Sequence record: DRR378314_814
Strand: one strand, 5' to 3'
Length of the DNA: 64,000 nt
Positions 30,782 to 40,677 of this stretch are shown here, one piece after another. Positions within the stretch are counted from its first letter, which is position 1. Each line of letters starts with the position of its first letter. The notes under the pieces were generated by a model. The model was given only the letters and a program-made list of their open reading frames with translations. It did no database searches and had not been told where the DNA came from. The translations under genes were made by a program, and so were the position numbers.

Positions 30782-32122
30782 ATGACAGATCAGAAAAAGC
30801 CGCAGTTTGGTTTATCTAAAGATGACAAAAAGAATCTGCTGAACAACTTGCGGGCGCGCAAACGCCCCTCTTCTTCTGACACCAAAGCCGATGAATTTCA
30901 CGCCGTTATTCCGCCGAGCCACTATAAGATTGAAGAATTTCCAGAATATCAGAAACTTCACCTGCATCGTATCGTCGCGGAAAAAGCAAAGATTGAAAAT
31001 CCTTTTTTCCGGCTTCAAGACGGAATGGCTGCCAGCACGGTCACTGTAGGCAACCACCAACTGATCAATTTTGCGAACTACAATTATCTGGGAATGAACG
31101 GTCACCCCGAAGTCAGCAAGGCTGCGCATGATGCAATTGACACATACGGCACCTCTGTTTCGGCCAGCCGGATCGTCGCAGGGGAACGTCAAATTCATCA
31201 AGACCTGGAAAGAAAACTGGCGGAAGTCTACGATGTTGACGATGCAGTTGTGATGGTCAGTGGCTATGCGACCAATCTAACGGTCATCGGGAACCTTCTG
31301 GGCCCTAAAGACCTCATTCTCTATGATAATTTCTCTCATAATAGTATCTTGCAAGGAACTCAGTTATCGCAAGCCAAACGGCGCATGTTCCCCCATAACG
31401 ATATGAATATGCTGGATCAAACCCTAAAAGATATTCGCCACCAATATGAACGATGCCTGATTGTTGTCGAAGGGGTTTACAGCATGGATGGCGATGCGGC
31501 CCCACTGGATAAACTGGTCGAGATCAAAGATCGCTATAAATGCCTTTTGATGGTGGATGAAGCCCATAGCCTTGGAGTTTTAGGGGCGACCGGTCGCGGT
31601 GCAGGGGAGCATTTCGGAGTTGCTGGCCGGGACGTCGATATCTGGATGGGCACCCTTTCTAAGACAACAGCAGGCTGCGGCGGCTACATTGCGGGCTCAG
31701 CCGCTCTAATCGAATTTCTGAAATTCTCAGCACCCGGATTTGTCTATAGTGTCGGGATGCCACCGCCTGTAGCCGGTGCTGCACTTGCCAGTTTAAATCT
31801 GATGCTGCAAGAGCCGGACCGGATCAAGCGCTTCCGGGAAAATGCCAATCTCTTTATCAAACTTGCCAAGCAGGCCGGGCTTAATACGGGCCTCAGCCAG
31901 GGGCACGCAGTTGTCCCGATCATCATTGGCAACTCTGTTAAGGCTGGAAAACTGTCATCCCGCCTGTTTGAAGAAGGCGTTTACGCACCACCGATTATCT
32001 ATCCCGCCGTCCCCGAAGAAAGCGCCCGCCTCCGTTTCTTCCTATCCAGTGAACATACACCCGAGCAAATTACCGAAGCGGTCGCAAAAACAAAAGACTG
32101 CTGGGAGGCCATAAAGGCTTAA
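30782..32122 (+). CDS. rkpG: Alpha-oxoamine synthase (RkpG/WcbT-like)
   Basis: NYLG, SHNS, EGVYSMDGD, DEAHS and GTLSKT (PLP Lys); directly follows the PKS. Confidence 0.85.
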   Translation: MTDQKKPQFGLSKDDKKNLLNNLRARKRPSSSDTKADEFHAVIPPSHYKIEEFPEYQKLHLHRIVAEKAKIENPFFRLQDGMAASTVTVGNHQLINFANYNYLGMNGHPEVSKAAHDAIDTYGTSVSASRIVAGERQIHQDLERKLAEVYDVDDAVVMVSGYATNLTVIGNLLGPKDLILYDNFSHNSILQGTQLSQAKRRMFPHNDMNMLDQTLKDIRHQYERCLIVVEGVYSMDGDAAPLDKLVEIKDRYKCLLMVDEAHSLGVLGATGRGAGEHFGVAGRDVDIWMGTLSKTTAGCGGYIAGSAALIEFLKFSAPGFVYSVGMPPPVAGAALASLNLMLQEPDRIKRFRENANLFIKLAKQAGLNTGLSQGHAVVPIIIGNSVKAGKLSSRLFEEGVYAPPIIYPAVPEESARLRFFLSSEHTPEQITEAVAKTKDCWEAIKA

Positions 32123-32202
32123 TACAGGTGAACCGGCTCTGTAAGCGCCTTATCCCGTCCAAGGACGAACCGATAATGGGTATTAGTCGATCCGCTTATT
32201 TT

Positions 32203-33846
32203 TCATATCGTGTCAGGGCTTTTGATGGGACTGCATATTGGCCCCCCATCAGCGTCGACAACCCCTGGCATACTGTCTGCACGTTCATTAAATGCAACAT
32301 CCATCAAGAGGCGACTTAGTATATCTGCCGACGTATCCAGTTCCCGATTACGCTTGCCTTTGGTCCGCCAGATGAAATAGTCCGTCCGCGGATCTTCATA
32401 GCCGGTGCTATTAAACGCGTTTTGCAAATTTGGCATATGGTCGCCGTAAAGGCAGAAAACGCCGGGTAATGACTGCTTTTCAAGATGGCCGACCACATCG
32501 CCGATCATTTGATCCGTATTTCGCATGTGAGAGATATAATGGTTGAGCGAATAACAGCCCAAAGGCCAGCTTTCTGGATCCATGCTGTTTCGATCAAACT
32601 TCTTCAAGCGATCCTCGTCCCACGCGCCGTGATTTTCCATTGTGATTGCAAAGACAAATACCGGTTCTTCAGAATTCTCAATAACCTCGATAATTTTCTG
32701 GCCAAGGGCGACATCGCCCACATAAGGTCCGTAATGATCTTCCTCATCGAAGGACTGCATATCGATAAATTCATCAAAACCCAGATTTGGAAAAACTTTC
32801 TTTCGATTAAAGAAACTGGATGCAAAAGGATGAACGCAGATGGTCCGGTACCCCAGAGATTTCATGCTATGAGCCAAGGTCCAGAATGGCCGGTTTCCCA
32901 ATTGCAGATAGGGGTTATACCGATGATGTCCCAGCGCTTCCTCAGGCAAGCCACTTAAAAAGGCAAACTCCGTTCGCATTGTATAGGCGCCCCACGCCGG
33001 AACATTCAAGCGCCCGTAAAACGCAGCCTCATCTTTGATCCGGTCATAATTGGCCAGGACATCTTGATCCAACCCAGATTGCAAGTAGCGCACATCAAAG
33101 AAGCTTTCGGCCTGCACCGCGACAATATCCGGCAATCGTCCTTCTTTTTGCCAGGCCCCCGGCTTTCCAATTTTTGAGGCAGATCCCGTTGATGCCGAAG
33201 CCCCTGGATTGCGCTCTCGCTTACTGATCTTGTCCACACCAGACAAAAAGAAATAAAAGATCAAGCAAACAACCAGTCCTAACTGAGAGACATTTTCCTC
33301 CACATCAGTAGAAGGGCCAAAACTCAACAATATATTTCTGAACTGGTTCCGTAGCGGCCCCCGGGTAATCATGTAAAGGGTCCCGATCAGGATCCCGAAA
33401 AACAGCAGGGTCGGCATATAGTCAGCCACTTGAGATCGCTCGATGAATGGCTGCTCATAGACGACAGCCGCATACATTCCAAACAAACCCACTGCCACAA
33501 TGGCAATCAGTTTACGGACATCAATGTATTTGACGTAAAGATGGGGGTGACGAATTACCTCTCGAAAGAGGTGGAAGTCACTATAAACAAGCGGCTCTTT
33601 TACAGCTTTGACCTTAGCATTATTCAAAACCACGATCACCGCATATGTGGCAATACACAGCACCAAGGATGTTATCGGCCGATAAGTCAGCGACAGAATG
33701 CTGATATAGAAAACAACAGGCGGCGTTGCCGAGAAAAAAGTAAAAGTATGGCTCCGTTTCGTCCGCTCCCTTTTCGGCAAGACAAAACTATCCAGCACAC
33801 GAATGCAGATTAACAGACCAACGGCACCTATGAGTGAGAGCCACAT
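32203..33846 (-). CDS. rkpI: LTA synthase/sulfatase family membrane protein (RkpI/WcbQ-like)
   Basis: N-terminal TM helices; QAESFFD, GAYTMRTEF, TMENHG and YGDHMP motifs. Confidence 0.8.
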   Translation of the reverse strand: MWLSLIGAVGLLICIRVLDSFVLPKRERTKRSHTFTFFSATPPVVFYISILSLTYRPITSLVLCIATYAVIVVLNNAKVKAVKEPLVYSDFHLFREVIRHPHLYVKYIDVRKLIAIVAVGLFGMYAAVVYEQPFIERSQVADYMPTLLFFGILIGTLYMITRGPLRNQFRNILLSFGPSTDVEENVSQLGLVVCLIFYFFLSGVDKISKRERNPGASASTGSASKIGKPGAWQKEGRLPDIVAVQAESFFDVRYLQSGLDQDVLANYDRIKDEAAFYGRLNVPAWGAYTMRTEFAFLSGLPEEALGHHRYNPYLQLGNRPFWTLAHSMKSLGYRTICVHPFASSFFNRKKVFPNLGFDEFIDMQSFDEEDHYGPYVGDVALGQKIIEVIENSEEPVFVFAITMENHGAWDEDRLKKFDRNSMDPESWPLGCYSLNHYISHMRNTDQMIGDVVGHLEKQSLPGVFCLYGDHMPNLQNAFNSTGYEDPRTDYFIWRTKGKRNRELDTSADILSRLLMDVAFNERADSMPGVVDADGGPICSPIKSPDTI

Positions 33847-33966
33847 GCTCCCTCCTGATTGTCTTAAATTTCTCTAGATCTAGCACAAGTCGCAAAGCGC
33901 GACAAACAAACGCGCGTCTTACCGGAAATATTTATTGAGGCAATTTGTTGAATTCGCTGCAGATGT

Positions 33967-34752
33967 TTAATCTGCCTCTGAAACTCTATAGTCAAAATAC
34001 GGAACGAAGACATCTTGCAGCGGATATGGCAGCACGGAAAGCAGGCGAACACCCATCCACAAAATCCACGGGAAACCAAATTGACGTTTCTTGTTTTGAG
34101 CTGCTTTTTTTATCAAATCCGCAGCTTTTTCTGCTGGCAAGGTAAATGGTTTGGCGGTCACGACACGGTCACTCATGGGAGATTTCACATAACCGGGATA
34201 AATGACCGTCAATCCAACATTGGTTTCCTTCAAAAGCCGCTGCAAGCTCTCACAATAAGTCTTTAAGCCTGCTTTGCTCGCGCAGTATGCGGGGGAGCCG
34301 GAAAATCCCACATAGGCCGCCAACGAGGAGATCGCAACCAGCTGACCGTGCCCCTGATCTACCATCCGACGTGCAGCGATCGATAAACTCATTGCCGCTC
34401 CTGTCAGATTTGTCGATAACAACCCCACGATATCAGTCGCCTCTTCCGGTAAACCATCTGCGCCAACCCCATTTGTAATGCCTGCATTTGCATAGAGAAG
34501 ATCAACTGGCCCAATCGCAAAAATATCTGCAACCCACTTCTCGGTCGCCTGGGCCGATTGCACATCCAGCGCCCATATATGAACACGGGCCCCCTGTTTT
34601 TCGCATATTTGTTGAAGATGGCTGAGCTTTTCCTGGTTACGCCCTGCTAGATGCAGAATGTTTCCCGTTTCGGCATAAGCAAGCGCCAGGGCCCGACCAA
34701 TTCCACTCCCCGCACCAGTGATTGCAACGGTGACTGCCTGGCCATTAGACAT
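33967..34752 (-). CDS. rkpH: SDR oxidoreductase (RkpH/WcbP-like)
   Basis: TGAGSGIG, ANAG and YCASK motifs; rkp/wcb context. Confidence 0.8.
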   Translation of the reverse strand: MSNGQAVTVAITGAGSGIGRALALAYAETGNILHLAGRNQEKLSHLQQICEKQGARVHIWALDVQSAQATEKWVADIFAIGPVDLLYANAGITNGVGADGLPEEATDIVGLLSTNLTGAAMSLSIAARRMVDQGHGQLVAISSLAAYVGFSGSPAYCASKAGLKTYCESLQRLLKETNVGLTVIYPGYVKSPMSDRVVTAKPFTLPAEKAADLIKKAAQNKKRQFGFPWILWMGVRLLSVLPYPLQDVFVPYFDYRVSEAD

Positions 34753-35342
34753 CAGGTCAGATCATACCGCATCAAAACCATTCCCCCGTCATGGGGAAGA
34801 AGCTCTGCGCGGGCAATATCAATATCCATGACAGGCTTAAATTCATTTTTGGTATATAGCTCCATCGCCCGCTCATTATCACGCCACACATGCAGGGTCA
34901 CATTCGTGAAATCCCCGTCCCGGGCAATTTCATAAGCCATATCCAATAGCGCACGGCCGGCGCCCTGACCTGCCAGGCTGTCATCAACAGACAGCGCATG
35001 GACATAATAACTGTTGGGAACCTTGTGAGTATAAAGCTCCCGCACATGGTTCAATTTTTCCCGATCCACAAACATTTCCATCTGCTTGGAAATGTGAAAA
35101 TCTTCCAGCGCGTATCCTAATAATAATCCCTGAACACCCTCATCAGTGTCCACAACCAACGCGTTTTTATAAGAGATAGCCTCTTCCCCTTCCATCAGGG
35201 TCACCGCCAACAATTCGTCAACCCCAACGTCCGGAACAATTCCGTCGAGCAGAAATTCCATCAATCCACCGCCAGCACGGCACATGTGATCCGCTATGGC
35301 TCTGGCATCACTCGCCTCTGCTAATCGAATTTCAAAACTCAA
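34752..35342 (-). CDS. GNAT family N-acyltransferase
   Basis: ALSVD...GQGAGRALL motif A; N.RAMELY.K; stop overlaps the SDR start. Confidence 0.85.
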   Translation of the reverse strand: MSFEIRLAEASDARAIADHMCRAGGGLMEFLLDGIVPDVGVDELLAVTLMEGEEAISYKNALVVDTDEGVQGLLLGYALEDFHISKQMEMFVDREKLNHVRELYTHKVPNSYYVHALSVDDSLAGQGAGRALLDMAYEIARDGDFTNVTLHVWRDNERAMELYTKNEFKPVMDIDIARAELLPHDGGMVLMRYDLT

Positions 35343-35382
35343 AACGACCTCTTAAAAATATTTGGCAACAGGACTATTTATC

Positions 35383-37152
35383 TTAATCATTTGCATCCAA
35401 AACCACTGCGGCTGACAGTGCCACACGATAGGTAATCTCAATCAGATCTTTAAAGACCGCAAAGAGCTTGGTATCGATTTCTGGCAAAACCATCATGTGA
35501 TCGCCTTTTTTTATTGGTTCATCACCGTTATGAACAGACCCGTCCACACGGATGATAATCAGTCGATCACCATCACCGCGGTTGCTAACTCCACCTGCAG
35601 CACTGATGTAATCTTCACTAGAGTAACCCTCACGCCACAAAACCGTCTGAGGAACTTTGACCTCTCCACTGACTAAAACGACATCAGATTTCTCAGGAAT
35701 TACGATTTCATCTCCATCCTCAAGTTTCACGCCAGACCAATCCACTCCGGCCAAAACAACCCGACCTTCAGGCTCAACTGTCCTTACTTGTTGAACGAAA
35801 CGATCTATTAACTGTGCTTCCTGAATCCGAATTGCAGAGCCCGTAGCACTTGAAGAAGAACCGGTCAGCACAGACCTTTGGAGTTCATACAAGGACTGTT
35901 CAATAGCTTGCTTTTGTCGGTCTGCAACGGATTTTCGCCTCAAATGAATAGCACTCAAATCGTGAGTAGCAGGATTAACTGCAATCAAATTAGCAACTGT
36001 CCCCAAGTTTAACGATCGATTAATCGCCAGCGTCGAATTCCCTTTGGAATTCCCAAATACTTTAACAAGAATTTTTTGTTGGAAACGATCCTTTTCTACC
36101 GTGTACTTATCACCTGCAGCAACACGAACCGAGGCGAGATCCTTGAGTGACGTATACTGGCGAACCTCGTTAGTTCCCCCATGCCCTTCTATCAGAACAT
36201 GAGTTGCACTGCCTTTCGGATTAGCTAATCGCATCACATCCGCTACAGAGTATGAGTTGGGATCTATTTCAAATCTATATGCATTTTTTACGAGCCCAGT
36301 AACCGTGACGGTCGGGAATTGTTGACCAACCACAACGACGTCGTTGTTCTGAAACTCCAAATTTGGCATGTCACCACTAATTAGAAACTGGTACAGATCA
36401 ATTGTCTCAAGCACCTTACCAGCTCTTTTAATCTGGACATTACGATAAGAACCACTCTCGAAAGAAATCCCCCCTGCCCGCGCGAGGTAATACAAAAGGC
36501 TATCGATCTTAGTTCCCGGATAGCGACCGGGCTTTTCGACATAACCAGTCACAAAAACCCCAATAGGCTGTGTTCCTACTAAACTAGAATACACTTTCAC
36601 ATTGTTTGTATAAACCTTGGAAACTCTTCGCTCAACTAAGGCACTTAGTTGGCTACTTTTAATACCCAGTACGTTTACGGGTCCGATTTCCGGAACAAAA
36701 ATATTGCCTTCAAGATCGACAGCATAAACATTTTCGCTCACCTTCGCGCCCCACATTTTAATGGAAACTCTATCCCCTGGCACAATTTCGTAATCATCAT
36801 TAATGCTGAGGCTGGAATCAATAAAATTAGAACTTGCAAATAACTGAGCGCCGAAAGGAACTGGGGGTTTCTCTTCGCCATCTTCTTCCAGGGGTTCCGG
36901 GACCTGGGAGGGCATTTCTGAACGTTCTACATTAAGCGGGGAATTGTTCGAAACACTCCCGCTTTTAGGCTGAACAGACCCGAGTTGGCTTGAATTATTC
37001 TTCGAAACTGCATCTGGAAAGATCGCTGACTCATCACTCGTACCGGAGAACAGCTCTTGTCCGTATGCCTGCACCGGCATTAGCGGTAATGCGAGGAATA
37101 AAGCGACTCGGCTTAAGCGCTTAACTAACAAGAACATGGGTACCTCAAACAT
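35383..37152 (-). CDS. kpsD: Polysaccharide export protein KpsD (SLBB repeats)
   Basis: Signal peptide; PFGAQLF, YEIVPGD, GNIFVPEIGP, V.VTGYV..PG.Y and SGEVKVP motifs. Confidence 0.85.
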   Translation of the reverse strand: MFEVPMFLLVKRLSRVALFLALPLMPVQAYGQELFSGTSDESAIFPDAVSKNNSSQLGSVQPKSGSVSNNSPLNVERSEMPSQVPEPLEEDGEEKPPVPFGAQLFASSNFIDSSLSINDDYEIVPGDRVSIKMWGAKVSENVYAVDLEGNIFVPEIGPVNVLGIKSSQLSALVERRVSKVYTNNVKVYSSLVGTQPIGVFVTGYVEKPGRYPGTKIDSLLYYLARAGGISFESGSYRNVQIKRAGKVLETIDLYQFLISGDMPNLEFQNNDVVVVGQQFPTVTVTGLVKNAYRFEIDPNSYSVADVMRLANPKGSATHVLIEGHGGTNEVRQYTSLKDLASVRVAAGDKYTVEKDRFQQKILVKVFGNSKGNSTLAINRSLNLGTVANLIAVNPATHDLSAIHLRRKSVADRQKQAIEQSLYELQRSVLTGSSSSATGSAIRIQEAQLIDRFVQQVRTVEPEGRVVLAGVDWSGVKLEDGDEIVIPEKSDVVLVSGEVKVPQTVLWREGYSSEDYISAAGGVSNRGDGDRLIIIRVDGSVHNGDEPIKKGDHMMVLPEIDTKLFAVFKDLIEITYRVALSAAVVLDAND

Positions 37153-37161
37153 CTGAAGACA

Positions 37162-37509
37162 TTATAAAATAGATTGCCAAACACCATTTAACAGACAAAC
37201 CGAGTTATTCTCTAAAACCCTATTTTGTGAAATAATCTGGACAAATCGGCACTTCGCGTTTCTCGCGGAAATATAATCTTCTCCAACGATTACCTCAGCT
37301 AGCTCTCCATTTCCACGAACGACGGAAGCCCGGGTACCCGGGCTATTGTTCACAGCAAACTCTGCAATCTTATCTTTAACAGAACGACCGGACAGATCTC
37401 GCTTCACACCAAGCTGCTCACTCTTCAATAACTCTGGAGCTGCGTTTCGATTAGATGTGCATCCCGCGAACAGGGTGAGAGAGAGAAGAAAAACAAAAAA
37501 ATATTTCAT
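37162..37509 (-). CDS. Small lipoprotein (resembles DVU3141-type proteins found beside kpsD)
   Basis: Lipobox LFAGC; YISA...CR...C...W pattern. Confidence 0.6.
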   Translation of the reverse strand: MKYFFVFLLSLTLFAGCTSNRNAAPELLKSEQLGVKRDLSGRSVKDKIAEFAVNNSPGTRASVVRGNGELAEVIVGEDYISARNAKCRFVQIISQNRVLENNSVCLLNGVWQSIL

Positions 37510-37710
37510 GGCAGCTATTTATGCGATTTAAATTTGTATTTTATGTTGGTACAATATCCACCCCAGACGAGGCAACTTATAATTCAAAAAATGAAATTTG
37601 TTACTGTCAAATTTTGATATAAAGAAGACACAATTTCAACCACGCTAGATTTTTGCCCATACGTCGATAGCATAGACATTTCCTTTAATTAGTGGTCATC
37701 AGAGATATCA

Positions 37711-40629
37711 ATGAAAAAATTACTTGCATTTGTTGGCACTTTTTCTTCTGCACATCTGATGCATTTCATTGAAGCCAATCGAAGCAATTTTGAAATCTAC
37801 CTCTTTTTTAACAATACTACAGAGGAAAAACAATATCTGGATCTAATCTCGGAAGGCAAAGGAAAAGGCGCAAAGCTGATCAAGAATACGCTGGAGGAAA
37901 AGGTAGCGATAGATGATATCCCGGAAAAAATTCGCCACATGTTTAAGAACAGAGCCTTCTTGCGCTTCTTAGGATTAAACACTGCCACTGACCTTCGCAC
38001 TCAAGCAATCCTTCAATCTTGCTTACTCCACTATCGCGAATACAACCATCTGCTATATGTCAGCGAACTCTTAAAATCTGAAGACTTTTCCGATGTTTCA
38101 ATTGTCGGACAATCCTACACTTTCAAAATCCATTCAAAAGCACGTTATTTACGAAACAAATCGCACAGGCATACTAAGAAGCCTATTTCACGGGCACAAA
38201 AATACCTAAACTGTGTGATCAACTTTGCCGCCTCTGTGTTCTATTTTTTGTCGCCTTCGCCCTCAAGGTTTGTCAGCGAAACAGGAGATCAAGGAAAAAC
38301 CGGAAATGTTTATTTATTGTCTAATAACGAAGCCACAGCGTCCCCACATTTATCTGCGATTACAGAGCTGTTAGCCGAGCCGATCATACCATTGGGGTTC
38401 GTGAAAACACCTAAAAATAAAAAGTCTTTACACGCGTATATCAAACGAACGTTTATGGATTATTTGGTGCGACGAAATCTAACAATCCTTACCCCTAACA
38501 ACGAGAACGCGATCATCCGGTCTCTTGTGATCCACCTCCTGCAGGCTCAATCAATCCAAAAAGTTTTTCTGTCAAAAGATGCGAACCCGGGAAAATCAAC
38601 TCTTTTAGTCTTCGGTGAGGAACTACTGAATTCTCTTCATCCCATTATTGGCGAAATGAAGATATTTCACTTGGATCGCTTCTGCTACGCACAACGGAAT
38701 ACCGTTTGCAATAATGAGATGTTGTCTAAGCTGGATTCTATTTTTTCACTTCCTTGCGCGCCAGCCCGCAACAGTGACCTCGTACGTCATGAAAACCAAC
38801 CAAAGGTCAGCAATACATATGTTTTGTCTAAAGGCGATATATTCGCTGAAACCGAATTAAAAGATGCCATAGAACTTACCAAAATTCTGGTGAAGACAAC
38901 ACTTCAGATTGAAAACTCGCCCTATCAGAACATCCCCACCAAAGAGTTTCTGCGGGACTATATATATTCAGATATTGCACGCTCGGACATGCAATTGTTT
39001 CAAAAACTAGTAAAACAGCCGCTTTTACAAACAGTTCAAGACGTCGGAAATTTTTCGACCTATCAAGAAGAGCTTGAAGCATTTATCATAGAAAAATCTT
39101 CAATCGAGGTGTTTTTTATTCAGGAGCTGAGCCGAGAGAAACCAAAGAAAAACTCTGCGATTATTACAGATTTCAAGGCGCCACATTTAATAAAAACCAT
39201 CGCTCAGACGTCATTCAATGGAACCAGCCTAACTCAACAAAACCTCCATTCTCCTGACTTAACCGTTCAACAAATCACTGTTACTGAACATCAGCAACTG
39301 ACGCGATCTCTAGTTCTGAAATTCAAATCTCTTCCAACGTCCTTTGAAGGAAAGCTTTCGCAATTTCAAGCGGACCTTTCACCTCGCTCTCCCGCTGTTT
39401 TAATCGTCGGAAGCGTCTATAATTCAGCACACGAAAACGCCCTGATCAATATTTTCTCTGCGGCACTCCAAGCGGGCTATTCTCCATTTATTATAATCGC
39501 CGGAAAATTAAATGACGCAAAATACCAGCAACTTATGGAAACCGCTGAAAACAGTCGGAAAAACAAGTGCGGCAACTACGCACTTATTCAATTGCAGGAG
39601 CTAATTGACTTTGGGCGTCACCAGGATGGCTACTTGAAAAACGCGGTAAAACTACTGCACCAGAAAAACGAAACAGAGAAGATCCACGAAACGGAAGCAC
39701 TGGCAAACCCCTTACAATCTCTTGGCCTGCACTCACTCCAATCCTCTCACCTGCTCCAAGCGTTTGAGATATCCTTGGGAATAGAAAAAATCCTATCAGT
39801 TATAAAATTTGAATGGAGTATTTCGCTCTCTCCAGGTGTCAGTTATGGCAGAATAATTACCAAAGCTACTCAAAATCAGAACATAAAAACGTTTGGTGCG
39901 TCCACGGTTACGATTGCCGACTCTGCGATCCAAATCCCCTATGACAGTGATTTCATTGGGCTGGTCGATAGCGAGCAGATCAACTTCATTCATAACGCCT
40001 GGGGACGTCAACGGGAGGATTTTTTAAGTGTCGGATACGTCAAGGATAAGCCACGAGAGATAAACCAGCGACCGGTCACAGATAACGATCTATTATCCTC
40101 TTCACCGAATATTTTCATTGCCATGCAGCCATATCCAATTACTGCAAATCGGGAAATGCTGAGATCCGTTTTTGAAGGATGCCAAAATGAAAATACTAAT
40201 ATTTATGTCAAAATGCATCCGCGTGAAGACTTGAGCCATCAAGAAGAATACCTGAACGTTGCTGCAAACTACCCAAACGAGATGCGCTTTATTGAAAATA
40301 AAGACGACCTATTTGATCATGAAGATAAGATCGACCTGTTGGTGACCCGAACCAGCAATATCGGCCTAGAGGCAGCTCTGAGAAATATTCCGGTCATGCG
40401 TTACCTCGAATTCGACAGCTTCTTACCCAATGCGTTTTTGGAACTTCCATACGCAATAAACGTCAAGGATCGCGACGAATTAGTAGAAACAGTTTATACT
40501 TTTCTGAACGACAAAGATTTCCGATCAAGAACTGCACAATCAAGAATTGGCTATCTGAAGGAAAATCCCAGTTTAGCCAACAATGATGGTTGCAAGAGAA
40601 TTATTGAGTTCATGGAAATAAATAGCTAA
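37711..40629 (+). CDS. Large capsule protein with C-terminal GT-B-like domain, putative nonulosonate transferase/polymerase
   Basis: 972 aa ORF; C-terminal KMHPRE and VTRTSNIGLEAAL motifs. Function inferred. Confidence 0.55.
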   Translation: MKKLLAFVGTFSSAHLMHFIEANRSNFEIYLFFNNTTEEKQYLDLISEGKGKGAKLIKNTLEEKVAIDDIPEKIRHMFKNRAFLRFLGLNTATDLRTQAILQSCLLHYREYNHLLYVSELLKSEDFSDVSIVGQSYTFKIHSKARYLRNKSHRHTKKPISRAQKYLNCVINFAASVFYFLSPSPSRFVSETGDQGKTGNVYLLSNNEATASPHLSAITELLAEPIIPLGFVKTPKNKKSLHAYIKRTFMDYLVRRNLTILTPNNENAIIRSLVIHLLQAQSIQKVFLSKDANPGKSTLLVFGEELLNSLHPIIGEMKIFHLDRFCYAQRNTVCNNEMLSKLDSIFSLPCAPARNSDLVRHENQPKVSNTYVLSKGDIFAETELKDAIELTKILVKTTLQIENSPYQNIPTKEFLRDYIYSDIARSDMQLFQKLVKQPLLQTVQDVGNFSTYQEELEAFIIEKSSIEVFFIQELSREKPKKNSAIITDFKAPHLIKTIAQTSFNGTSLTQQNLHSPDLTVQQITVTEHQQLTRSLVLKFKSLPTSFEGKLSQFQADLSPRSPAVLIVGSVYNSAHENALINIFSAALQAGYSPFIIIAGKLNDAKYQQLMETAENSRKNKCGNYALIQLQELIDFGRHQDGYLKNAVKLLHQKNETEKIHETEALANPLQSLGLHSLQSSHLLQAFEISLGIEKILSVIKFEWSISLSPGVSYGRIITKATQNQNIKTFGASTVTIADSAIQIPYDSDFIGLVDSEQINFIHNAWGRQREDFLSVGYVKDKPREINQRPVTDNDLLSSSPNIFIAMQPYPITANREMLRSVFEGCQNENTNIYVKMHPREDLSHQEEYLNVAANYPNEMRFIENKDDLFDHEDKIDLLVTRTSNIGLEAALRNIPVMRYLEFDSFLPNAFLELPYAINVKDRDELVETVYTFLNDKDFRSRTAQSRIGYLKENPSLANNDGCKRIIEFMEINS

Positions 40630-40677
40630 CTTCCGACTCAAATAAATATAAACGGCAACCTAAGGCAGCTTATTCAG

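Noticed and set aside
30782-32122. bioF (biotin synthesis)
   Set aside because: No other bio genes nearby; its position after the PKS matches RkpG/WcbT.
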